IMG/VR virus record: IMGVR_UViG_3300035696_000019
Span: 41,924 to 105,923 of that record
Origin: a virus
DNA: 64,000 bases
Strand: one strand, 5' to 3'
Of this stretch, positions 55,669 through 64,000 are shown one piece after another; positions within the stretch are counted from its first letter, which is position 1, and the number at the start of each line of letters is the position of its first letter. The notes under the pieces were generated by a model. The model made no database searches, had not been told where the DNA came from, and was given only the letters and a program-made list of their open reading frames with translations. Both the position numbers and the translations under genes were made by a program.

Positions 55669-57054
55669 TCATGCCGGCACCAGATCGGTCACGTTCTTGA
55701 CGGCGTTATCAAACTGGTCAAAGACGCGCGCCAAACTGTCTGCCTCGGTCTTATCGGTGCGCAAGCAAGACTCCGCAAAGCGCGGCAAGAACAAACTATG
55801 CAGGTCGTTACTTGGCGACGGCTTCAGAACCCCGTTGCTGACCACGGTGATGATCCCGTTAAGCCAGTTGCCCGAATTCGCGTCAACGTCGTCGCGCATC
55901 TTCTCGCCCTTGATTGCCACATCGACTTCCAGCAACCCATCGCTGGTCTGACACGTCAGCGAGCCGGCCCGGCCCTCGTTTTTGGTGCCCACGTTGCCCG
56001 CCACAATGCCGGCGATAACCAGATCGACTGGGACTTCCAGCTTGAGCTTGATCTGCTCTTTGCTTGTGCCGTCCCTCCAGATCGCGTTGCGTTGCTTAAC
56101 AATCGTGCCTTCTTTGCCCTTAGCCAGCAGTTTGGCATAGTGCCCGTAGGCTTCCTTGATGCTGTGGACGCTTCGGGTGTCGATCAGGCTGACAGGCGCG
56201 CCCAGCGGCAGGTCGGCAATCTTTTTCAACAACACTTTTAGGCGGGCGCAATAGGGAGTTGGGTCGGCGCCCTTCGGCGTAACGACGCCAACCTGCACTT
56301 CGTCCCACAGCTTCAAAATCGGGCGTTCGTTGGCTTCGAACTCGCCGCCGCTGATGACGCGGTTCAAAATGCCGTTGCCGATCTCGCGCGGCGCGACCTT
56401 GCCATCGACCAAGACCAGCATTTCGCCGTGACGCTGCACATTGCCGCCCATGTCGTCCAGACAGGCGATGATTTCGGCAAACGGCTCGGACGGAAACGGC
56501 GTGCCCTGACGGCTCGACAGCACGGCAGAAGAACCGTCGTCGGAAGTCGCGTTGACGAACATGCCGTCGGCTTTCTCTTGCGAGAAGATGCCGCCCTTCC
56601 AATCCCATTCGTTCAGGTTGACGTGCTTCGGCAGGCTGCAACGCATGTAAGGGAACTCGGGGATCAGCCCCTTACATGCCTTGTTGATCGTCGATTCGGA
56701 GAAGCCTGCGCGCATATCTTTGCTGATGATCCGCCATAGCAGTTCAGCCGACTCTTCCGACAGCGCGGTCAGTTCACCGCGCACTGCGTCAATGGCGTTG
56801 TTGCCGGTCAGACGCCGCGCGATCAGGTCGTCCAACAGTTCCCAGGTTCCGGCGTCGAATTCACGACCGACGTGTTCGCCAATCGTTTCCGGACGCTTGC
56901 GCATACCGTAACGCTTGAACGGGTTGTAGGTGTATTCCATCACGCGCTTGAAGTCGGCGTCACCGATGCAGGCTTTGACGATGGTCGCCTTAACCGTCTT
57001 GCTGGAGTCGGCGGCAATCGCCTCGACCTCTTTGAAAATCTGATTAGAATTCAT
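55669..57054 (-). CDS. ATP-dependent DNA ligase (T4-like)
   Basis: QEKADG, HGE, EGTIVK, KLK and LFLPRF. Confidence 0.93.
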   Translation of the reverse strand: MNSNQIFKEVEAIAADSSKTVKATIVKACIGDADFKRVMEYTYNPFKRYGMRKRPETIGEHVGREFDAGTWELLDDLIARRLTGNNAIDAVRGELTALSEESAELLWRIISKDMRAGFSESTINKACKGLIPEFPYMRCSLPKHVNLNEWDWKGGIFSQEKADGMFVNATSDDGSSAVLSSRQGTPFPSEPFAEIIACLDDMGGNVQRHGEMLVLVDGKVAPREIGNGILNRVISGGEFEANERPILKLWDEVQVGVVTPKGADPTPYCARLKVLLKKIADLPLGAPVSLIDTRSVHSIKEAYGHYAKLLAKGKEGTIVKQRNAIWRDGTSKEQIKLKLEVPVDLVIAGIVAGNVGTKNEGRAGSLTCQTSDGLLEVDVAIKGEKMRDDVDANSGNWLNGIITVVSNGVLKPSPSNDLHSLFLPRFAESCLRTDKTEADSLARVFDQFDNAVKNVTDLVPA

Positions 57055-57559
57055 GTTCTTCTCACTATGTCATTAATGACTGACTACCAACAATCAAATG
57101 ATACGATATGAAATCAGGGGTTACTTGATCCCGCGTCGGGCGTTTTGTCTTTCCTCGATGATTTCCCTCAGATGGATATAGACAATCCAGGGCGACACGA
57201 CGGCGTTCATGGAGGCCAGAGCGATCACGACATACTCCAGACCTTCATCCCACAGCCAAGTTGTCGCGGGATGCGTCAACATAGATGCGTCTTCAATGCA
57301 ATGGAAAAAGGCGCGAACACGCAAGCCGCCCAACCCAACAGCCCGCCGAGCGTCAGCAGCATCACGCAAACCGGCAACGCCAGTAGGACGGCTTCACCCG
57401 TCCAACAAATTGCCATCACAACCTGTAAAACGCCCGCCGTCACGCAGGCGGCGCAGGCAAGCGCCAACACGACAAATACCAACATATGTAAAACAAAAGC
57501 CATTTCAGCCTCCATAGAGAATGGCGAGCGGTCAATCAACCGCCCGCCACTTGACTTGG

Positions 57560-57757
57560 TTACTGCGCTTGCGCCGGTTGTTGCGGCGCAATCTCCATCG
57601 GTTGCGCCTGAGTCGTCAGGCTTTCCAGCGGAATGCCGGTGTGGTCGGAAATAATCTTTTCCAGGCTCACGTCGCCCTGTCCGTCGCGGCCCAGCTTCAC
57701 ACCCGCCACGAAGACGGCCTCTGCCACGTTTTTGATTTGGTCTGCGGTCAGTTCCAT
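57560..57757 (-). CDS. hypothetical protein
   Basis: GAGG RBS. Confidence 0.6.
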   Translation of the reverse strand: MELTADQIKNVAEAVFVAGVKLGRDGQGDVSLEKIISDHTGIPLESLTTQAQPMEIAPQQPAQAQ

Positions 57758-57760
57758 GCT

Positions 57761-58255
57761 CTACCTCTGATTTAAGTGATTGCCAACCATCTTGGTGGCG
57801 TCTTGTGTGGCGGCGAATACCAGACCACACGGCAGCACACCAAGCACTTCTTCATACGCCTGCACCGAGGCGCGCAGCGCGTTCAACTCATCGCCAGTTG
57901 CCACAAACCGCTGACAACCATGATCGCGCCAACGCCAGCCCAGATCGGCTAACGCCTCTCCCGCTTTCTCGGCGCGTTCCTTGACCAGCAGTGCAATGCG
58001 CTCGCACTCATCACTTGAAGAGTTTTCGACCACTTGCTTGCTCAACTGCCAGGCGATGCAGTTGATCGTATTGAGGCGAATGAACTGTGCGCGCACCATC
58101 GTGCCGTCGCGCAACGTGTCCAGCAGCGTGTAAGCCGACAACAGCAGCTTTTGCTGCGCCGCCTCGGTCATGTCGCTCTGATCGTGTCGATTCAGCGCGC
58201 GGTTTGCCGCTTCGGTATCTTTCGCCCAACGCTTGCGCTTGCACTGCTTTTTCAT
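57761..58255 (-). CDS. hypothetical phage protein
   Basis: MKKQCKRK...ATGDELNALR pattern. Confidence 0.7.
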   Translation of the reverse strand: MKKQCKRKRWAKDTEAANRALNRHDQSDMTEAAQQKLLLSAYTLLDTLRDGTMVRAQFIRLNTINCIAWQLSKQVVENSSSDECERIALLVKERAEKAGEALADLGWRWRDHGCQRFVATGDELNALRASVQAYEEVLGVLPCGLVFAATQDATKMVGNHLNQR

Positions 58256-58260
58256 GTCGC

Positions 58261-58680
58261 TTAGTCCTTCGACGGCTCGGGTTCGGTTGTCTGAGGTTGC
58301 TCTTTTTCAAGTCCGGCCTTGATCTTGGCTTCCGCCTCTTGCAACACATCCCACAGTCGCGGCAGATCGTCATGGATCGAGTCGATCATGGTGCGGAAGA
58401 CCTTCTGCACCTCCTCCAGCGGACGCTCGGCAGCGTAGCCAAACTCGGCTACGGATTCAGCCAGGTTGATCGCGGCGGCGGAAATCATGGCGTGCGGATA
58501 GGCTTGTGCCTGACGCAGCTCATTGCGCATGTCACGGTGGACTTGCACGATTTCACCGATCTGGTGCGCAATCGCCGCGCCCATTTCATTCGCGGCGGCA
58601 TGTGCTGCCTGATTCAGCGTATTCGCAACGCCTTCCGCTTCACTCTTCACTTCGCCAACTGTCTTAGATACTTCACTCAT
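58261..58680 (-). CDS. hypothetical helical protein
   Basis: 139 aa with AAGGA RBS. Confidence 0.7.
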   Translation of the reverse strand: MSEVSKTVGEVKSEAEGVANTLNQAAHAAANEMGAAIAHQIGEIVQVHRDMRNELRQAQAYPHAMISAAAINLAESVAEFGYAAERPLEEVQKVFRTMIDSIHDDLPRLWDVLQEAEAKIKAGLEKEQPQTTEPEPSKD

Positions 58681-58702
58681 GACTTATCCTTGAGGATAAA
58701 AG

Positions 58703-59272
58703 TTATGCCTTCTTTTGCATACGCAGGCGGGCAATTTCCAGCAGACTCATTCCCGGTTTCGCTTGAACGGGCTGAGTCGGTTTCGGTTGTGCCGCCGGAG
58801 CCACAGGAACGGGCTTGGGAGCGGCTTTCGGTTGTGCGGCGGGGAGTTCAGCCATCGCGGCATTGATCGCGTCAGCATAGCCGCTCGTTGCGGCTGGGGC
58901 GGCTACTGCCGGCTTGGGTTCTGACTTTTTCCCCTTGTGAATCGGGAACGGCAATGTCGGTTTGCGATCCGGCTCGACCACCGGACGATCTGGCAGAGCC
59001 GCCAGCGTCTCGCGCTGAATGTAATGCAGCGACTTGCCGGCGGTCTTCTCTTCGTTGAACCACACGAGCGCCTGACAATCATTGTGCAGCATGGCGCGTG
59101 CGCAGGTCGGGTTGAAATTCAGATCGCCGTCACGCAGCCAGGCAAACACCTTGTTGGCACACACCGCATAACCGGGCTTGTGCGATGCGTGATGACAGTA
59201 ATCGAGATACGTGGCGTTATCGCCGCGCATCGAGTATTCCGGCGGGAGTTCCGCAACTTGAGTTTGTTCCAT
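58703..59272 (-). CDS. hypothetical protein with Cys-containing N-domain and Pro/Ala-rich tail
   Basis: GGAGG RBS. Confidence 0.75.
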   Translation of the reverse strand: MEQTQVAELPPEYSMRGDNATYLDYCHHASHKPGYAVCANKVFAWLRDGDLNFNPTCARAMLHNDCQALVWFNEEKTAGKSLHYIQRETLAALPDRPVVEPDRKPTLPFPIHKGKKSEPKPAVAAPAATSGYADAINAAMAELPAAQPKAAPKPVPVAPAAQPKPTQPVQAKPGMSLLEIARLRMQKKA

Positions 59273-59350
59273 GATGGACGCCTCCGTTTGCTCACAGCGA
59301 GCTATCAATATGGTTATTGTCGCAACCGCAATGTGGGGTTGCGAGCGCCC

Positions 59351-59815
59351 CTACCAACTTCCCCAATTTGGATCGTCACTCACATGCAAAGGCGCCTGAA
59401 TCACCGTGTCGCCCGAGCTGTCCACGTCAAACGATACGATTCCCAATGCTTCCAGCACCTTTTCCGCATTCCCCACGCCGTAATGGTCAAACACCGCCTT
59501 AGTCACGACATTGATGGCTGGTTTTTCGCCCAGTTGCTCCAGGTAAATAGGTGCCGGCGTGCCGTAGGCATCCTTTGCGTAACCGCGATTGATTCGAACA
59601 CGATGTTCTGCGGCAACTGCCTTTTCCGCTGTGGGGATATTGCCGTAGATCTCAACCTTGATCTGACCTCTCGCCCCGTTCTTCCCCCATCGCTTAACCA
59701 GCACGCCGGTTCCGTGGTCGTAATTGTGAAACTGGATCATTTCGTAAAATTTTGTGCCGGTCGAATGCACGTAATTGTCGCGCCTGACCTCGATGTGCAG
59801 TGTCGCAGCGGTCAT
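59351..59815 (-). CDS. WGR-domain protein ending ...NWGSW
   Basis: KFYE...RWGKNG..GQ...RGY. Confidence 0.7.
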   Translation of the reverse strand: MTAATLHIEVRRDNYVHSTGTKFYEMIQFHNYDHGTGVLVKRWGKNGARGQIKVEIYGNIPTAEKAVAAEHRVRINRGYAKDAYGTPAPIYLEQLGEKPAINVVTKAVFDHYGVGNAEKVLEALGIVSFDVDSSGDTVIQAPLHVSDDPNWGSW

Positions 59816-59876
59816 ATCCTTCTCCTGTGCGGCAATGCCGCGAACGTTTTAAGTATATCAGTGGTGACTTACTCAA

Positions 59877-60977
59877 TCACCCAAAATTTTTCATCAGCTT
59901 CATGCGTGTGGCGCTGGCGATACTGATGAGTTCAGCGCAGTAGAACCGGCGTCGCACTTCGTCGGCGGGGATTTCATTCGGGTCTTTTCCCGGCGGCAGA
60001 ATCGCCACGCGCGCCGGCAACCCGTATTTCTTGCACAGCAGCGCCGCTTCAATGGCGGCATCAATGGCTTGTGGCTCGCCGTCCCACATGAATGTCACCA
60101 CTTCCAGACCACCCTCGCGCAACTGCATGAGCTTCGCCATCTGACTGTCGTCGCCGCCATCGGACAGGTGTTTGCCAAAAGTGCCGATCTCCACCACGTC
60201 GCGCAGATTCATGTCGCCGTCCAGCGCAATCTTGGTTGCCATCACATCAAACGCGCCCTCGCCAATGACCGCATGCTTCGCGCGTGTCGCGTTCTGGCCG
60301 TTGTAAAGGTGCGATCCCGTCGAGGCGAAACCGGGCGGGAACAGGTATTTCCGATCAGCCGTTCCAGTGATGTCCCGGCCTTGAAAACTGACCAGATCGC
60401 CAGCAAGGTCAAACACCGGAATAATGATGCGCTTCGAATAATCTTGCGCACGTTTCCTCCCCTCATCGTCAGTGTAAAAAAATGCGCCGTTGACGCTCAG
60501 ACGCAAGCCGAAATACTGCGCAATCGCCGCGCTGATGCCACGGTTCTCCAGATACTTGACGTTGCGCCCCTCGTGCGGCAGCGCGACGGACAATGGCAAG
60601 CGCAGCGATTCCACATTCAGGTTGGTCGCCATCGCATGCAAACGCGGCGGTCGCCACCCCTGTTCGCGCGCCACCGCCTTGATGTGGTCGATCACCTGCT
60701 TGATCGTCACCGCGCCCAGACTGGCGCGAATGAATTTCCACTTGGAGAACTTCATCTCGCAGCTACCGGAGAAGCAGTTGCCCAACCCCGTCTCGGCGTT
60801 CAGATACACCTTGTAGCCTGAGCCGCCACAGCAGGGGCACTCCTTGACGTTAAGCTGACGCCCCCGCGATCCGCGCGTCTCCCGGTATTGAATGCCCTGG
60901 CGATCGAGCCAGAATTGCATATCAAGCAATTCCAGCGCCTCCTCCAGTTCGCGGTCGTCATGCATGCCTGTCTCCAA
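59877..60977 (-). CDS. DNA primase (Zn finger plus TOPRIM)
   Basis: CPCC...CFSGSC, RIIIP, FQGR, EGAFD, WDGE and KDPNE. Confidence 0.9.
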   Translation of the reverse strand: METGMHDDRELEEALELLDMQFWLDRQGIQYRETRGSRGRQLNVKECPCCGGSGYKVYLNAETGLGNCFSGSCEMKFSKWKFIRASLGAVTIKQVIDHIKAVAREQGWRPPRLHAMATNLNVESLRLPLSVALPHEGRNVKYLENRGISAAIAQYFGLRLSVNGAFFYTDDEGRKRAQDYSKRIIIPVFDLAGDLVSFQGRDITGTADRKYLFPPGFASTGSHLYNGQNATRAKHAVIGEGAFDVMATKIALDGDMNLRDVVEIGTFGKHLSDGGDDSQMAKLMQLREGGLEVVTFMWDGEPQAIDAAIEAALLCKKYGLPARVAILPPGKDPNEIPADEVRRRFYCAELISIASATRMKLMKNFG

Positions 60978-61116
60978 TACGATATAGTTTCATATCTGAT
61001 ATGACATCATATCGTTTCATATCAGGCGCACAGCATTGCCAATAAGGTCGCCAGTGCCGCCTTCACAATGTCCCCTGTCCCGATCAGCATCAGCAAAAAG
61101 AACACAAAGGCGTGTG

Positions 61117-62520
61117 TCATTCCACTCTCACAATCGACTCGATGAACTTCATGCGCGCCACGTCCTGTTTGATGAACACCGTGAAGCCGGATGCCTGGTT
61201 ACGCGAAGCGGCAAAATACAACCGCGCCTCACCGCGTGAGCGTTCTTCATCGGTGAGGTTGATTGAAATCGCCAAGTCCACGATACGCATCTTGTTGATG
61301 TCGTCGGAAACGTGAACCATCGTCGCCACCGCCGCCTTCATGCCGTCCCGGTTGGTCTGCGTTGCCGTCAATCCCGCCAGATCGTGCTTCTGGCAGATGG
61401 CGCGCAGATCGACGTAGATCGACTTGGAGTTCTCGATGCTGTCTTGGGTGCGAATGTTAGGCGCCATGATGTCGGCGTAGTCCACCGCCAGCAGGTCGAA
61501 GATCACGCCATCGTTGCGGTAACGCTCGATCAACGCCTCCAGCATCGCTGGCGTCAGCGTGCCGGTCGGGTATTCGTGAACCAGCAGCTTGCCCGCGCGC
61601 GCTTGCAGCGTCTTGAGCTTGCTTTCTACATCGCGGATTGACGACAGCAATGCCTGCATTTCCGTGCTGGTAATGCAGGCGTCCAGCCGATCGCTGATGA
61701 TGGCGGCAGAGACTTCCAGCGTCACATACAGCACGTTGTAGCCCGCCAGCGAGGCGCACTTGGCAAAGCCAACCAATCCCGTGGTCTTGCCACTCTTGGC
61801 GCCGCCCATGAGCGTTACCAGCTCCTTACGGCCCCACCCCCGGTGATACAGCAGTTCATCCAGCTTCAACATGCCGGTGGTGATGCCGCGCAGCGGCATG
61901 GCGCCCGACACCTTGTCGATCCGCTGTTGTGCGCGCTCCTCGATCTTGCCCCAGAAGTCATAAGCTGCCATCGACTCGTTGGTGCCAATGGCGACCGCCT
62001 TCTTGACGATCTCCTCCACCTTGCCGAACTGACCCTTCTCGATCAGATCCACCGACGCCAGAATCGCCTTGCCGACTGCCTGATGACGCACAAACTCCGC
62101 CACCTTCTCCGCGACATATTCGCGTCCGGTCAAGCTGACCTTCTCGCCATAGAACGCCTTGAATTTCTCGACGACGCGCGGCACGAGTTCCTTGCGCACG
62201 ATCCCGGCGGCCACGTCGTCCTTGATCAGTTGAGCCATCACCACCTTGTCCGGCACCGCCTTGAAGCGATCCCAGAAGCGGCAGACCATGTTGACCATCG
62301 CGGCATCACCCACGTCTTCAAAGTATTCCGGTTTGATCAGGTGGCGCGTGGTCGTCATGAATTGACTGTCGCGCACTGTCAGTGCCGCCACGCGCTCCTG
62401 AAACGCTTCATCAAATTCGAAAGGCGTATCTCCGGGCGACTCACCCGAGTCTTCGGTGCTGGTGTGACCGCTATAGGTCGCGCCGATCATGCCCACTACA
62501 GATTCTTCCGCCTCGCTCAT
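61117..62520 (-). CDS. DnaB/gp41-like replicative helicase
   Basis: GGAKSGKT, TLE, VDYAD and ATQTNR. Confidence 0.93.
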   Translation of the reverse strand: MSEAEESVVGMIGATYSGHTSTEDSGESPGDTPFEFDEAFQERVAALTVRDSQFMTTTRHLIKPEYFEDVGDAAMVNMVCRFWDRFKAVPDKVVMAQLIKDDVAAGIVRKELVPRVVEKFKAFYGEKVSLTGREYVAEKVAEFVRHQAVGKAILASVDLIEKGQFGKVEEIVKKAVAIGTNESMAAYDFWGKIEERAQQRIDKVSGAMPLRGITTGMLKLDELLYHRGWGRKELVTLMGGAKSGKTTGLVGFAKCASLAGYNVLYVTLEVSAAIISDRLDACITSTEMQALLSSIRDVESKLKTLQARAGKLLVHEYPTGTLTPAMLEALIERYRNDGVIFDLLAVDYADIMAPNIRTQDSIENSKSIYVDLRAICQKHDLAGLTATQTNRDGMKAAVATMVHVSDDINKMRIVDLAISINLTDEERSRGEARLYFAASRNQASGFTVFIKQDVARMKFIESIVRVE

Positions 62521-62522
62521 GA

Positions 62523-62876
62523 TCAGGCTCGCTTTTCCGGGCCGAAATCACGCAATGCATGTTTGAACACCACGCGCGTCGCGCCTTGCACATCGATCGA
62601 CACGGTGAACTTGTCAGAGTGCTTCACCATGCCGTGATGCACCAGATTGGGGTCTTCATCCAGATAGCGGAACCAGATACCACCGCCCGACGCTTCGATC
62701 GCTTTCAGGAAGGCTTCGTGACCTGCTGGTCTCTTCGCGTCAGCACGGCGTTTAAACGCGCCAGATGCATCGGTGACAGTGCGAGTCGTCTGAGTGGAAT
62801 TGGCGCTCACACGGTCGGTTTCTGTGACGCGACGACCATATTCGCGCTGTGCTTCGCGTTCGCTTTCATGCATCAT
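62523..62876 (-). CDS. Hfq-like Sm-fold RNA chaperone
   Basis: HEAFL...G.V..SDKFTV...VVFKHAL aligns by eye with Hfq QDPFL...G.I..FDQF.I...MVYKHAI. Confidence 0.75.
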   Translation of the reverse strand: MMHESEREAQREYGRRVTETDRVSANSTQTTRTVTDASGAFKRRADAKRPAGHEAFLKAIEASGGGIWFRYLDEDPNLVHHGMVKHSDKFTVSIDVQGATRVVFKHALRDFGPEKRA

Positions 62877-62915
62877 GCGTGTTGCTCCTTGATAACAGCC
62901 ATAGTCACTAATGAC

Positions 62916-63656
62916 TTATTTGGCCAACTGAAGTGAAATCGCTTTTTGCACCACGTCGGTGCCAAACTCTCGAATTGCGGTTTCGATTCTAACCGATCTC
63001 GCTTGATAGAGTGCAGTGTGCAGTGCGAACTGAGGGTTCGCACGTCGCCCGATCTGGCGAATCATGAACTGCTCATAGGCAATCTGGTCGTCGTGACCAA
63101 ACCAGTTTTCCACCCGGTAACGCTCGTCTGCCGCCCACTGCATGCTGGCGTTGCACCACTCTTCCCACTTGAGCACAATGTGCGCCGCCATCTCTTCGTT
63201 GGTATTGATGTGACAGGGGCGTGGAATGTTGACCCATCCTGCCGCGATATACCAGTCCATCGCGGCGTTGAGAAAAAAGTCATAGGGCATGCCGAGCGCA
63301 TCGACCGTCTGACGCAACCTCCAGAATTGCAACTTCTCGCGCGATTGCAGAAAATCACCGCCCTTGAAGCCTCTCATCTTGCCGCCGCCCCTGCCCTGCG
63401 CAATCAGCGCCGCGCGTCCATACGCCAGGTTGTAATGGTGCGCAAACAGATGCGTCGCCTGAACCGGGTGTAGCCGACGGTAGTCATACCAGCATGACCG
63501 ACGCAGGGTTGGCTCCTCTCTCCGTAGGTGATCCGGTATGTGCTGGAAAACCAATACCTCACACTCGTGGAAAGTCATTCCGCTGCCGAAGAATAATCCA
63601 AACCATTGCGTCAGTTTGGGGGCCGGTATTTCTTCCCGACCATAAAGACTTCCCAT
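62916..63656 (-). CDS. conserved hypothetical protein heading the helicase-primase operon
   Basis: ORF; WYDYRRLHPVQAT. Confidence 0.7.
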   Translation of the reverse strand: MGSLYGREEIPAPKLTQWFGLFFGSGMTFHECEVLVFQHIPDHLRREEPTLRRSCWYDYRRLHPVQATHLFAHHYNLAYGRAALIAQGRGGGKMRGFKGGDFLQSREKLQFWRLRQTVDALGMPYDFFLNAAMDWYIAAGWVNIPRPCHINTNEEMAAHIVLKWEEWCNASMQWAADERYRVENWFGHDDQIAYEQFMIRQIGRRANPQFALHTALYQARSVRIETAIREFGTDVVQKAISLQLAK

Positions 63657-63792
63657 GCCACTCCCCACCAAAATTAAAAACAAAAACACAATCACTTAAA
63701 GTAATTGTATTTATATATACGGTTGAACTCCCCGCCCCACGAGGAGGAACACGCGGTTCCCGAGAAGGCTCCCGCGTGTTCATAACCAGTCT

Positions 63793-64000
63793 CTACGCGG
63801 CTCCCAGGGGTGCTTGCTCGTAAGCCTCAACAATTTCCTGCACCACGCCGGATCGCACGATGTCGCCGCGACTTAACTCCACATGAGCAATGTTCGGAAT
63901 CCACAGCAGGCGTTGCAATGCGTCAGCCAGGCCAGACTGTCCGGGGATGTCTTTTTGCGTCACATCGCCGTTGACCACCACGGTGCAATTCTCGCCAATG
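63793..64000 (-). CDS. phoH: PhoH-family ATPase, C-terminal part
   Basis: GENC.VVVNGDVTQ.D...SGL.DA...DIVRS.VV.EIVEAYE. Confidence 0.9.
   Translation of the reverse strand, partial: IGENCTVVVNGDVTQKDIPGQSGLADALQRLLWIPNIAHVELSRGDIVRSGVVQEIVEAYEQAPLGAA

Noticed and set aside
1-64000. tRNA/rRNA, IS elements, virion or conjugation genes
   Set aside because: None were recognised by eye. The phage-plasmid assignment therefore rests on replication gene content plus par/int and remains an inference.

Overview
This 64-kb window appears to be part of a large (>64 kb) phage-plasmid or integrative temperate phage. The gene order resembles SSU5/pHCM2-type elements, and the host is probably a proteobacterium (the captured rlmD tail looks betaproteobacterial). 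Both assignments are inferences, and no virion or conjugation genes are in view. Nearly all genes lie on the minus strand. Positions 1-4.9 kb hold promoter-gene-hairpin units with extreme sequence bias. Positions 4.9-6.3 kb are a non-coding origin-like tract. Positions 6.4-19.4 kb hold about 40 small early-type ORFs, including a T7 gp0.7-like kinase. Positions 19.4-49 kb encode nucleotide metabolism, recombination and replication: DEDDh exonuclease, MazG, ThyA, HU, RuvC-like resolvase, SbcCD, RecA, 5'-3' exonuclease, SSB, a split DnaE, a sigma factor and CobS/CobT-like proteins. Positions 49.3-53.5 kb are a plus-strand maintenance module: HTH regulator, resolvase with a lox-like site, parA/parG-like genes, an attP carrying the 3' end of host rlmD, and an integrase. 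Positions 53.5-64 kb encode ligase, a WGR protein, primase, helicase, an Hfq-like protein and PhoH. The most notable observations are: (1) a dnaE fractured inside an intein-like insertion, with a decayed HNH gene in the gap and no splicing residues; (2) a palindromic operator present in about 27 copies; (3) a GGS/SCC-free zone next to CCNNGG-packed spacers; (4) shared C-terminal peptide tags on unrelated proteins; (5) an Hfq-like gene together with candidate sRNAs. All family calls come from motif recognition by eye, and no searches were run.
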